Part shown: positions 37,434 through 46,909 of the stretch, one piece after another
Numbering within the stretch: position 1 is the first letter of the stretch
Layout of the letters: every line of letters begins with the position of its first letter
Source of the DNA: an uncultured Rhodospirillaceae bacterium
GTDB taxonomy: Bacteria > Pseudomonadota > Alphaproteobacteria > MPNO01 > UBA2964
Direction of reading: 5' to 3'
Assembly: GCA_964479475.1 (NCBI GenBank)
Contig: CAYZMI010000005.1
Span: forward strand, 11,819-64,909
DNA: 53,091 nt
Position numbers and translations under genes: made by a program
The notes under the pieces: generated by a model
What the model was told of the DNA's origin: nothing
Databases searched by the model: none
What the model saw: the letters and a program-made list of their open reading frames with translations, nothing else

Positions 37434-39035
37434 CTATGCACGACCAGTGGGAAAGGGGCTCGTGTCGTTTAGTTCTACTAATTGCGATAACATAATTTGG
37501 ACAAGTTCCTCAGCGACAGCGGGACGGTCCGCCCCTTCCCAGAGATTGGCGTTTTCGTCTGGATCTGCCTTTAGATCGTAAAGCTCCCACCAATTGCCGC
37601 AATGATGATAGGTGAGCCGCCAGCGGTCAGTGACCATTGTCCGAACGCGATCGACTTCATTATTATCGAACTGCGGAATAGCGCTATCTTCTTCTATTAC
37701 AATGGCTGAACGCGGCGGGACTTCACTATCGTTCAGGTTCCGTCCCTGCATACCGTTAAAAGGTTGTAGGCCGGCCATAGACAATATGGTGGGTGCGAGA
37801 TCGATAGTGCCCGTTAAATTTTCGCAAACACCTCCTGCAGATTTCAGGGTGGGATCGTAGATAATGCAAGGCACACGAACCAACCCCTGATAGTGTAGCA
37901 TATATTTCAGCATAATGCCGTGTTCGCCCATAAAATCACCGTGATCTGCAGTAAATATCACGACAGTGTTTTCACTTTGCCCAGTAAGTTCCAAGACCGA
38001 CAGAATTTCACCGATCGCGTCATCTACCATGGCAATCATGCCGTAAGTTAAGGCAATAATACTCTTCGCTTCCTCAGCCGTGACTGCAAATGGTTTTAGC
38101 GGACCTTCTCGGTCTGCGGTGCCGGTCGCCAACTCCTCTCTAAGCCATCTCAACGGTGCTAGTTCTCCTTCGTTAAAGGAAGACGAAAGTAAAATGTCAT
38201 CAGGATCATATAAATCCCAATATTTTCCTGGTGGGGTGAACGGATGATGCGGGTCCGGAAATGAGACTTGAAGAAAGAATGGATTGTCGCGATTTGCTGC
38301 TTGGCGTTCAATAAATTCGCAACTTAATTCTTTTACATAAGACGTCGGGTATAAATTCTCAGGTAATGAAGTACGCCACGCTTGTGGCGCCATACGACGT
38401 TGATCGGAAAGAGCGTTGTCTACTCCGGCTAGCGCGCTAGCACCCGGCTGCTTTTCCTCAAGCCAACGTTGATAATCACCACCAACCATATCGCCATGAC
38501 CCGTGCAGATACGGGCTTCCTTAAAGCCGTAAAATGGTAAGCGGACGTCGTGTTTGGGGTCAGACCACAGCCGCGCATTTTCATTGTCATATGCAGGTCC
38601 GGTGAGCGGGCGCCTATTTGCTTCACGCAAGTCTTCTGGCGGAGCTGATTGACCCTCTATTGTCTTAAATTTTAGGGGTGATAGCCGCCCAGTCATGTTT
38701 TGCAAATGGGATTTGCCCATCAGCCCTGTCCAATAGCCCGCCGATGCGAGTAGCTCGACGAACGTCACATGGTCACGCGACAGCGGGATCCCATTATTGC
38801 GCACGCCATGAACCGATGGCATTCGTCCCGTCATGAGGGATGCTCGGTTAGGCTGGCAAACGGGGTTAGCTACGTAAAAACGGTCATAACGGATACCACG
38901 GGTGGCTAGACTATCAATGTGTGGTGTCTTCAATACCGAATTGCCATAGCAACCGAGATGATCGGCACGGTGTTGATCCGTAATGATAAATAAAAAATTC
39001 GGACGATTTTCCATATTGTTAACTACGTGTGCCAT
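37434..39035 (-). CDS. Type I sulfatase-family hydrolase (Cys-type, apparently cytoplasmic)
   Basis: It has FLFIITDQHRADHLGCYG and the formylglycine motif C-Q-P-N-R-ASLMTGR. No signal peptide is evident. Its start overlaps the upstream gene by 13 nt. Confidence 0.85.
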   Translation of the reverse strand: MAHVVNNMENRPNFLFIITDQHRADHLGCYGNSVLKTPHIDSLATRGIRYDRFYVANPVCQPNRASLMTGRMPSVHGVRNNGIPLSRDHVTFVELLASAGYWTGLMGKSHLQNMTGRLSPLKFKTIEGQSAPPEDLREANRRPLTGPAYDNENARLWSDPKHDVRLPFYGFKEARICTGHGDMVGGDYQRWLEEKQPGASALAGVDNALSDQRRMAPQAWRTSLPENLYPTSYVKELSCEFIERQAANRDNPFFLQVSFPDPHHPFTPPGKYWDLYDPDDILLSSSFNEGELAPLRWLREELATGTADREGPLKPFAVTAEEAKSIIALTYGMIAMVDDAIGEILSVLELTGQSENTVVIFTADHGDFMGEHGIMLKYMLHYQGLVRVPCIIYDPTLKSAGGVCENLTGTIDLAPTILSMAGLQPFNGMQGRNLNDSEVPPRSAIVIEEDSAIPQFDNNEVDRVRTMVTDRWRLTYHHCGNWWELYDLKADPDENANLWEGADRPAVAEELVQIMLSQLVELNDTSPFPTGRA

Positions 39036-39640
39036 CCTCGGGCACGCTTAAATAAATCGGTAATCCAATAAGCTTGGGCGCCAACGGCACCAAGTGGCAG
39101 CAAAATCCATACTAGGTCAAACAGCACGAGTATGAGAACGATGAAACAAAAATCCGCCCGACTAAGCTTGTGAAATACATAGATGAGCCAATCACACCAG
39201 TCTTCCGGTTTGCGAATGTCAGAGGCTTCCTGTTCACGGCTTTTCGTGTCCGGCCCCTTCGCTCCCCGCCAATGCATAATCAAATCTACTACATAGTCGA
39301 TGGTTGCACCTATCGCAGCAACTAGGCCAAGCCAAAACCAAATTATGTTATCGGACACATTCCAGGTGCCATATCCCAATGCAGTGAAAAAAGCACTGTC
39401 CACTGCCCAATCAACGAAGTCATCGAATTTAGCACCCCAAATAGAAGATAGACCTTTAAGGCGTGCGATTTCTCCATCGCAATTATCAAGTGTATAGGAA
39501 AAGACTAATAACATCGCGCCGCAAACTGACCAGCCCCACTCACCTCCACTGAAACAAACAACCCCACTAAGCCCGACCAGTAGCGAACACGCTGTGATTT
39601 GGTTAGGGGTCAGTGAGGTTTTCGCTAACACCCGCGTCAA
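39023..39640 (-). CDS. CDP-alcohol phosphatidyltransferase family protein (copy 1)
   Basis: It has the full signature DNCDGEIAR-x8-G-x3-D-x3-D and a multi-TM architecture. The TTG at 39640 is the first canonical start, but the frame stays open upstream (..LFPLIRHFSFW), so the true start is uncertain. Confidence 0.75.
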   Translation of the reverse strand: MTRVLAKTSLTPNQITACSLLVGLSGVVCFSGGEWGWSVCGAMLLVFSYTLDNCDGEIARLKGLSSIWGAKFDDFVDWAVDSAFFTALGYGTWNVSDNIIWFWLGLVAAIGATIDYVVDLIMHWRGAKGPDTKSREQEASDIRKPEDWCDWLIYVFHKLSRADFCFIVLILVLFDLVWILLPLGAVGAQAYWITDLFKRARGWHT

Positions 39641-39840
39641 CCAAAACGAGAAATGGCGTATCAGCGGGAAAAGCTGCGTAGGGGGCAGGATCTTATTCGT
39701 CGAATTTGATATGTTACCGCTTTCTTTTAAAAACCGAAATTTATTCGAATTAAATTATATTCTTTCCTACAAAATTGGAAAATTTCAATGCTGTCGATTT
39801 GCGCGTATGATCAAACCATATAGCTAACACGGAGAAAATA

Positions 39841-40626
39841 ATGGCGACTAACATTATATCGCCGCAAAGCGAAGAAACACTCAAAGGAAAAGTCAGTGAT
39901 CCCGAATGGCAGGTACGGATGGAGCTCGCAGCAGCTTTTCGCATCGCCTATCACCGTGGTTGGAACGCTTCGACAGCTAACCATATGACTGCGCGCGTGC
40001 CCAACGAACCGCAATATTTTTTAATGAATGCGGCTGATTTCTCCTGGGATGAAATAACTGCTTCCAATCTTCTCAAGTTAGACCACGACGGCAATGTAAT
40101 TGGCGCGACGAACCGAAAACCGCGACCAGCTGGTCTTAATTTTCACAGCGCAATTCAGCGCGAATTGCCACATATTTGCTGTACGCTGCATTTGCACCCA
40201 ATGGCGGGCGTCGTTGTGTCATCTATGCAGGAGGGATTGATGTTCTTCGACCAGGGATCTTGCGGGGTCTACGGACAGGTCTCCTATCACGATTTTGAGG
40301 GTATCGCACAAGAGGCTGATGAAGCCCCCCGAATTCTTTCCGACTTAGGCAATAAATTCACGATGATAATGCGTAATCACGGGCTGCTAACGGTCGGCCG
40401 AACAGTTGCTGAAGCAATGACCTACATGGGACGTCTTGTGCGAGCGTGCGAAACACAAGAGCGCTTGTTGTCAACCAACGCAACCCCAGTACCGTTGTCC
40501 GAAGAAATTTGTGAGTTCACGGTAAAACAGTTTTCCAGTCGAGCAGGGAATAAACCAATCGGTGACATCGAATGGAAAGCGGCTGTTCGCCGACAAGTCA
40601 GACTGGATCCTTCATTCATGAATTGA
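39841..40626 (+). CDS. Class II aldolase/adducin-domain protein
   Basis: It has HLHPMAG and MRNHGLLTVG (metal-binding His residues). At 261 aa it is typical of the family. Confidence 0.8.
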   Translation: MATNIISPQSEETLKGKVSDPEWQVRMELAAAFRIAYHRGWNASTANHMTARVPNEPQYFLMNAADFSWDEITASNLLKLDHDGNVIGATNRKPRPAGLNFHSAIQRELPHICCTLHLHPMAGVVVSSMQEGLMFFDQGSCGVYGQVSYHDFEGIAQEADEAPRILSDLGNKFTMIMRNHGLLTVGRTVAEAMTYMGRLVRACETQERLLSTNATPVPLSEEICEFTVKQFSSRAGNKPIGDIEWKAAVRRQVRLDPSFMN

Positions 40627-40809
40627 ATGTCGGGACGACTGAGAGAGTAGAACAGATATTCTACTATGAATTAGTCAAATCAAATTTCAAAGGCACATTT
40701 TCGACTATATACCTCTCCCGAGCTCCTAAAGACCTCGGTTATATTCGATCCAACTTTTCGAGGTTCCGCACCACTATAGGAAATGTAACTTTTAGACGAA
40801 CGAACGGGT

Positions 40810-41793
40810 ATGAAGATCGCATCGTACATTGGGTTAGCCATCGGCCTAACCCTGCTCACGGGACTGATTGCTTGGCAGGGGCTAGGCGACGTTGTTGCCA
40901 TTCTATTTTCGACAGGCTGGTCACTCTTACTAATACCGCTCGTTTGGTTTCCAACTGTTCTGCTTAACGCACGATCTTGGCAGTTATTGTTCGCTGCCGA
41001 AAACGCACCGAAATTTGTCCAAGCCTTCCTAGCTCAATGGATTGGCCGTGCCGTCAACACCCTTCTACCTGTCGCGACAATAGGCGGCGAAATTGTTAAG
41101 GCACGCGTTCTTACTTTATGGGGCCTCGATGTCCGGCACACTTCCGCATCAGTTGTCGTCGATAAGACCATTCAGGTCATTACAATTATTATATGGGGAC
41201 TGATAGGTATTATTTTACTCGCTTGGATGTCGCTCGACGATGGGATTGCTGCCACGGGATTGATCGGGCTGACACTACTGGGCTTCGGTGTTGTAGGTTT
41301 TATCGTGGCCCAACGTGCAGGATTATTTGGCTTTATGGCTAAGTCGGCCAAGCTAATTTCAAAAGAAAAATACTTCTCAAATCTACAGGTTACGGCGGAA
41401 GGTATAGATCTTGTCGTCATAGACGTTTATCGGCGCAAAGGCCAAGTCTTTCGTGCCGGAATATGGCGTCTGTCGGCCCTCATATTGCAAACCGGTGAAG
41501 TATGGTTAGCGGCTTATTTGCTTGGGTATCCCATCGGACTAATAGAAGCGTTAATGCTCAAGAGCCTAAGCAGCACACTAAGTGATGCAGCCTTTGTGGT
41601 ACCAAACAGCTATGGTGTACAGGAAGGTGCATTCGTCGTCTTGGGTTCGCTTGTCGGTCTAACACCAGACGTTGCAATTGCAATTTCATTGGCCATCCGA
41701 ATTCGAGAAATTTTAATTGATATTCCTGGTCTAGTTTTTTGGCAAATCACCGAAGGAAAAACCCTGTTCCGACATCGCCGTGACACCCGGTAA
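40810..41793 (+). CDS. UPF0104 / LPG-synthase-TM 'flippase-like' membrane protein (HpnL-like)
   Basis: It has 8 or so TM segments and the LLPVATIGGEIVKARVL motif characteristic of PF03706-type proteins. Confidence 0.7.
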   Translation: MKIASYIGLAIGLTLLTGLIAWQGLGDVVAILFSTGWSLLLIPLVWFPTVLLNARSWQLLFAAENAPKFVQAFLAQWIGRAVNTLLPVATIGGEIVKARVLTLWGLDVRHTSASVVVDKTIQVITIIIWGLIGIILLAWMSLDDGIAATGLIGLTLLGFGVVGFIVAQRAGLFGFMAKSAKLISKEKYFSNLQVTAEGIDLVVIDVYRRKGQVFRAGIWRLSALILQTGEVWLAAYLLGYPIGLIEALMLKSLSSTLSDAAFVVPNSYGVQEGAFVVLGSLVGLTPDVAIAISLAIRIREILIDIPGLVFWQITEGKTLFRHRRDTR

Positions 41794-41957
41794 GTTTAAT
41801 AAATTTGATGATTTTTTCCTCCGTAAGCAAAACCTAACCTGAATTAATGTATAAAACTCAACTCAATTCAAACGTATGCCAATCACTTGACTTTAATAAT
41901 TTGATCGCACACGTTTCGGTTAATATTTGAGTTGTAATCGAATTAAAGGAATGCAAC

Positions 41958-43127
41958 TTGGCTGAACCAGGCACCCTTTTTCTGATTCTATTTGGGTGTA
42001 TTTTCGCGTCGTCGGTCGTCTATGTCTTGCTAGCGGCAATCCAGGTATCCAAACAAAAGTCTCGACCTAAAACAAACAAGACCTTCGCACCCGAAATAAC
42101 AATTTTAAAACCGCTTTGCGGGCTCGATTATCAATTATACGAAAATTTATGTAGCTACTGCGAACAAGACTATTCTTCAAATTACCAGATAGTCTTTGGC
42201 CTAAAGGATTGTAGCGACCCAGCATTATCTGTGCTTGAGCAAGTAAAGTCAGAATTTCCTGACCACGACATCTATGTCGTCATTGATGAGAGAGTTTCCG
42301 GTACAAACTATAAGGTCAGTAATCTAAAGCATATGTATCACCACGCAAAATACGACATTGTAATTTGTGCAGATAGTGATGTCCGCGTGAATCGCGACTA
42401 CCTCTCATCCGTTGTAGCACCTTTCAATGATCCAATAGTGGGTGGTGTTACCTGCGCCTATACGGCATCTTCGCATCCTGATTTCGCGTCAACACTTGGA
42501 GCTATGTATATCAATTCTTGGTTCTTACCATCGATACTCATCCATAACGCATTCCAAAATTTTCGCGGATGTTTCGGACAAACGATAGCCGTTCGTCGCC
42601 AATTGCTTGATGAGGTTGGTGGATTTGATTCCTTGAATTCTGTATTGGCTGACGATTACGTTCTCGCAGAATTGATTAGAAAACGAGGATTTAAGGTCGT
42701 GCTTTCCGACTATTTCGTTGATAATGTGGTGCGTGAAAATGGTATAGCCGGCCTTCTCCACCATGAACTTCGATGGGCACGGACAATCTTGTCCATTGAG
42801 CCATTTGGCTATTTCTTTTCAGTATTGACATTCACTATCCCGATATCTTTGTTAACAGCGGTCATAAATTGGTCAATTACAGGATCCGTGTTAGTTAGCA
42901 GCATGCCTGTTCTCGCAGCCTGTGCGTTAAGAATGGCGTTAAATTGCCAAGTGAGTAGCAAATTTAAATTGACAGCGCAAAATGCTATTTGGTTGATACC
43001 GTTGAGAGATTGTTTGAACTTCTTCGTGTGGTGCACCAGTTTTTTTGGACGACGTGTCCGTTGGCGCGAAGAGGAATTTGATATAAGAAACGACGGCAAG
43101 TTGGAGCTTACGGAGCAACAACGTTAA
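41958..43127 (+). CDS. GT2/GT21-type glycosyltransferase (ceramide-glucosyltransferase / HpnI-like)
   Basis: An N-terminal TM segment is followed by ITILKPLCG, CADSDVRV (D-x-D) and HELRWART (Q/HxxRW). It is 389 aa. The TTG start has an AAAGGAA RBS. Confidence 0.8.
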   Translation: MAEPGTLFLILFGCIFASSVVYVLLAAIQVSKQKSRPKTNKTFAPEITILKPLCGLDYQLYENLCSYCEQDYSSNYQIVFGLKDCSDPALSVLEQVKSEFPDHDIYVVIDERVSGTNYKVSNLKHMYHHAKYDIVICADSDVRVNRDYLSSVVAPFNDPIVGGVTCAYTASSHPDFASTLGAMYINSWFLPSILIHNAFQNFRGCFGQTIAVRRQLLDEVGGFDSLNSVLADDYVLAELIRKRGFKVVLSDYFVDNVVRENGIAGLLHHELRWARTILSIEPFGYFFSVLTFTIPISLLTAVINWSITGSVLVSSMPVLAACALRMALNCQVSSKFKLTAQNAIWLIPLRDCLNFFVWCTSFFGRRVRWREEEFDIRNDGKLELTEQQR

Positions 43128-44554
43128 TGATGAAATCTCTCTTTCTAAACCCGCCCTCCTACGACGGCTTTGACGGAGGTGCGGGCGCTCGATATCAATG
43201 CAAGAGGGAGATCCGTTCTTTTTGGTATCCTGTTTGGCTTGCACAACCGGCAGCGCTAATTCCAGGCAGCCGGTTGATTGATGCGCCACCCCGCGGTCTT
43301 TCACTCGACGATGTACTGCCGTTAGCAAATGACTATGAACTTCTCATATTGTATACGAGCACACCGACATTTCCTTCCGACGTGAAGGTTGCTGAAGAAT
43401 TCAAAGCTGCTAATTCAAAACTGTTGATTGGATTTTGTGGTGCCCATGTCGCCGTCAACAACCGCATGACAGTCGTCGCCTCGGATGCCATCGATTTTGT
43501 GTGTGGCAACGAGTTCGATTTCACAATTAAGGAAATTGCCGAGGGCCGATCCCTTTCCGAGGTATACGGCATAACATATAAATCAAACGGTCAAGTTATT
43601 GTAAATCCAGAACGCGAAATCCTCGAAGACATGGACCTACTGCCGTGGGTGACGGATGTTTACGAAAGAGATCTCGTAGTTGAGGATTATTACAATGGCT
43701 ACATGTTGCATCCATACATGTCTCTTTATACCGGTCGCGGCTGCAAATCCCGTTGTACATTTTGCTTATGGCCACAGACTATTGGCGGCCACAATTACCG
43801 AACGCGATCCGTGGCCCATATCACAGCGGAAATAGCATCTGCGCGCGACCGGTTTCCTCAAGTCAAAGAGTTCTTTTTCGACGACGACACTCTAACTGAC
43901 AACATCGCACAGGTTGAGGCATTGGCTAGGGAACTTGGTAAGCTAGGTGTAACCTGGTCCTGCAATGCCAAGGCCAATGTACCGCGTAAAACACTTGAAA
44001 TTATGAAAAGTAATGGCCTTCGTCTTCTGACTGTTGGTTATGAATCTGGAAATCAAAAAATTCTCAACAATATGAAAAAAGGTATTCGGCTAGATTTTGC
44101 GCGCCGTTTTACTTCCGATTGCCACGATCTCGGGATATTAATTCACGGCACATTCATCGTGGGATTACCAGGTGAAACTCCCACAACCATAGAAGAAACC
44201 ATTGCGTATGCAAAAGAGCTAAATCCTAAAACCATCCAAGTCTCTCTGCCGGCGGCTTATCCCGGCACTTACCTTTACGAGCAGGCAAGACAGCATGGCT
44301 GGCTGGAAGAGCAAGGAGACAGGCAGCTTGTAGGTGTTCTAGGCAACCAAGTAAGTGTCCTAAATTACGATCACTTAACCAGCGATGAAATTTTTAAGGC
44401 CGTCGACGATTTTTATAAACGATTCTATTTTCGACCTAAAAAAATGGGGGCGTTAGCAATGGATATGCTGAAGAGTCCTGCGGTAATGAAACGCCAAGTT
44501 CGGGAAGGTGCTGAATTTTTTCGATTCCTTTGGCAACGTCAGAACGCAACTTGA
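43127..44554 (+). CDS. B12-binding-domain radical SAM enzyme (HpnJ-like)
   Basis: It has the CxxxCxxC motif GRGCKSRCTFCLWPQ at about residue 205, after a B12-binding-like N-terminal domain. The N-terminus LFLNPPSYDGFDGGAGARYQCKREIRSFWYPVWLAQPAAL resembles HpnJ as I recall it. TAATG coupling links it to the glycosyltransferase gene. Confidence 0.8.
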   Translation: MMKSLFLNPPSYDGFDGGAGARYQCKREIRSFWYPVWLAQPAALIPGSRLIDAPPRGLSLDDVLPLANDYELLILYTSTPTFPSDVKVAEEFKAANSKLLIGFCGAHVAVNNRMTVVASDAIDFVCGNEFDFTIKEIAEGRSLSEVYGITYKSNGQVIVNPEREILEDMDLLPWVTDVYERDLVVEDYYNGYMLHPYMSLYTGRGCKSRCTFCLWPQTIGGHNYRTRSVAHITAEIASARDRFPQVKEFFFDDDTLTDNIAQVEALARELGKLGVTWSCNAKANVPRKTLEIMKSNGLRLLTVGYESGNQKILNNMKKGIRLDFARRFTSDCHDLGILIHGTFIVGLPGETPTTIEETIAYAKELNPKTIQVSLPAAYPGTYLYEQARQHGWLEEQGDRQLVGVLGNQVSVLNYDHLTSDEIFKAVDDFYKRFYFRPKKMGALAMDMLKSPAVMKRQVREGAEFFRFLWQRQNAT

Positions 44555-44575
44555 ATTCGACACGCCATTCGCGAA

Positions 44576-45178
44576 ATGGCTTTTAATTCATGGTCCCATA
44601 AATTCGTACGAGTGCTGGTCAAGCCACTGGCAAATTCGGTCGTTACACCAAATCACTTAACCACTATTCGTTTATTGACCGGATTGGCTGCCTGTATAGC
44701 ACTTGCTTTCGGCGATCGCACTTGGGACATCTGGGGAGGTGCACTATGGGTAGTGTCAGCGCTATTCGACCGGGCAGACGGTGAGCTGGCTCGCATCAGT
44801 GAAAAGTATAGCGAATGGGGGCATATTTACGATTATTATTGTGACGTTACTATTCTTGGGTTGTTTTTTATTGGCGTGGGTATTGGCGCGCAAGACAGTG
44901 GCTATGGCTCCTGGACAATTCTGATGGGCACGATAGCGGGATTTGCTGCAGCTTATTGCACTGTTTTGGCTGAAAAATTTGCTCAAACACAAGGTAATCG
45001 CGCCAAGGTTTACCCCAGCAAATTTGGTTTTGACTTTGATGACATCCTTTATTTATTTGCACCCATCATATGGTTAGATTGGCATGTGGAATTTGTCATT
45101 GCGGCGGCATTTGGCGCGCCCATTTTTGTGTTAATTACGAGGTGGAAATTAGGGAGAACGGATCGTCAAATACCTTAA
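44576..45178 (+). CDS. CDP-alcohol phosphatidyltransferase family protein (copy 2)
   Basis: It has the signature DRADGELAR-x8-G-x3-D-x3-D. It is 200 aa, multi-TM, and a paralog of 39023..39640. Confidence 0.75.
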   Translation: MAFNSWSHKFVRVLVKPLANSVVTPNHLTTIRLLTGLAACIALAFGDRTWDIWGGALWVVSALFDRADGELARISEKYSEWGHIYDYYCDVTILGLFFIGVGIGAQDSGYGSWTILMGTIAGFAAAYCTVLAEKFAQTQGNRAKVYPSKFGFDFDDILYLFAPIIWLDWHVEFVIAAAFGAPIFVLITRWKLGRTDRQIP

Positions 45179-45560
45179 ACCCGATGCAGAGCTTGAGTAT
45201 TTCTCCTCTATCCCTGCGACAGGCTATTAACAGAATATACGCAACCCATCCACAAGCGTCTCGAGCCATCCCTATAGTTTGGCAGTATGAAATTACTAAT
45301 ATTTGATCTCAAAATATTTCTTCATAAATCGTAGTTTTTAGGTCTACGTATGTGGCGATTGATGCATAGGCCGCACTAATTGAATTAAATATCCAATTTT
45401 GGCAAAATTTAATGAAATTTACCCGTACATACGGATGGGCTGAAAGTTAGATCAGCTTAAAACTTTATTGCCCTCGCGAAGACGCCATTCTTGCGGCATT
45501 GTTTGGTCTAAGGCATTTTGGCACCCTGAGTTGATCCTATTAAAGGGAGTCCGAATAAGT

Positions 45561-46628
45561 ATGGCGCGCGATGAACAAATCGATATTGTAATTCGAATTT
45601 TTACACACCGATTTATTACTAGCGGCATACCGCTTGCAGATTTTCATGAAGCCACAGATGGCATTGAACACTGGGAAGACTGGCTACCACGTTGGTCGGC
45701 TCGTGCCGAAATACACGAGGCATTAGGCCACCAAGCCATTGAGAACAACAATAAACTAAGCGCTGGCGAACATCTTACCACTGCCGCTTTGCTGTATCAT
45801 TTCGGCAAATTTATGGCTGTGCAATTCCCTGACGAAATGAAGGCCGCACATAAAAAAGCAATTGAATGCCGTACGTTAGCACTCCCCTATTTGGATCCTA
45901 GAGGGGAACGCGTTGAGATACCATTTGAAGCAAAATCGCTTTTCGCAAATCTTCGCCAACCTAGTGGAATAGACAAACCACCAATCGTCATGCTCGTTCC
46001 CGGTTTAGAAGCAACCAAAGAGGAAATTGGGCGCTATGAGGATTCTCTATTGGCCCGAGGTTTAGCAACTCTATCAATCGATGGGCCTGGACAAGGGGAA
46101 GGTGAATATGATTTTCCTATTAGAGGAAATTATGAAACTGTCGCAAGCCCCATTATTGACTGGCTAGAATTCCGAGGCGATGTCGATATTAACCGAATAG
46201 GTATCTACGGCGTCAGCATGGGCGGGTATCATGCGCCGCGCGCCTGCTGTTTTGAAAAACGGATAAAAGCATGTGTTAGTGTATCAGGCGCCTATGAATG
46301 GGGAGCAAATTGGGACAAAAAATCGCACCTGAACCGCGATGTATTTCGTATAAGGAGCCATTGTGCAACCATGGAAGAAGCCAAGGAAAAGTCCAAAACG
46401 TTGTCTCTTCGAGGAATAGCGGGAAACATTACCTGTCCAATCTTTATTGTCGCCGGAGGACTTGACCAATTGACAGCCGTGGAAGCAGCTGAACAACTCG
46501 CAGCCGATGTGTCAGGGCCTAAAATTTTATCAATTGTTGAGGACGGGGTACACGTCTGTCATAACCGACCTTATAAATTCCGACCGCAGACGTCCGATTG
46601 GATGGCGCGGCAATTACAGACAACTTAA
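45561..46628 (+). CDS. Alpha/beta hydrolase with N-terminal helical domain (FrsA / DHPON-hydrolase-like)
   Basis: It has the nucleophile elbow GVSMGG, preceded by a helical region of about 130 aa. An AAAGGGAG RBS precedes the ATG at 45561. Confidence 0.65.
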   Translation: MARDEQIDIVIRIFTHRFITSGIPLADFHEATDGIEHWEDWLPRWSARAEIHEALGHQAIENNNKLSAGEHLTTAALLYHFGKFMAVQFPDEMKAAHKKAIECRTLALPYLDPRGERVEIPFEAKSLFANLRQPSGIDKPPIVMLVPGLEATKEEIGRYEDSLLARGLATLSIDGPGQGEGEYDFPIRGNYETVASPIIDWLEFRGDVDINRIGIYGVSMGGYHAPRACCFEKRIKACVSVSGAYEWGANWDKKSHLNRDVFRIRSHCATMEEAKEKSKTLSLRGIAGNITCPIFIVAGGLDQLTAVEAAEQLAADVSGPKILSIVEDGVHVCHNRPYKFRPQTSDWMARQLQTT

Positions 46629-46639
46629 GGGTACTAAAA

Positions 46640-46888
46640 ATGTCAAATTATTACTCTCCTGACCTGGGACAAAACCCGAATGACCCTTTTGCACGCGACG
46701 CCGATGGCAAACTAGCTCGACGGTCATTTTGGCTGGATTTGAGTGATCGGTCGCTTGTCTTGTTAATGAATCAAGGACTGGGTGCTGCTCTTTCCAACGA
46801 ACACAAACGCATGCATCTCGACGACATCGGTCGCGGACATTTGATCGATGAAGTATGCACGGTGGAAATTTTGCCACCTGAAGAGTGA
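46640..46888 (+). CDS. Small hypothetical protein (82 aa)
   Basis: The ATG at 46640 lies 11 nt after the hydrolase stop and has an AAGGG upstream. I recognise no family. Confidence 0.4.
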   Translation: MSNYYSPDLGQNPNDPFARDADGKLARRSFWLDLSDRSLVLLMNQGLGAALSNEHKRMHLDDIGRGHLIDEVCTVEILPPEE

Positions 46889-46909
46889 TTATTCTTTAGC
46901 AAGAAAAGC

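Noticed and set aside
40572-40967. A 131-aa plus-strand ORF bridging the aldolase and the UPF0104 gene.
   Set aside because: It overlaps the ends of two well-supported genes in other frames, and its middle lies in an AT-rich spacer. It has no family features.
43127-44554. The radical SAM enzyme as the anaerobic sulfatase-maturating enzyme (anSME) for the sulfatase at 37434..39035.
   Set aside because: anSMEs have the CxxxCxxC motif near the N-terminus plus a SPASM domain. This protein has an N-terminal B12-binding-type domain with the cluster motif at about residue 205, and it is translationally coupled to a glycosyltransferase, as HpnJ-type enzymes are.
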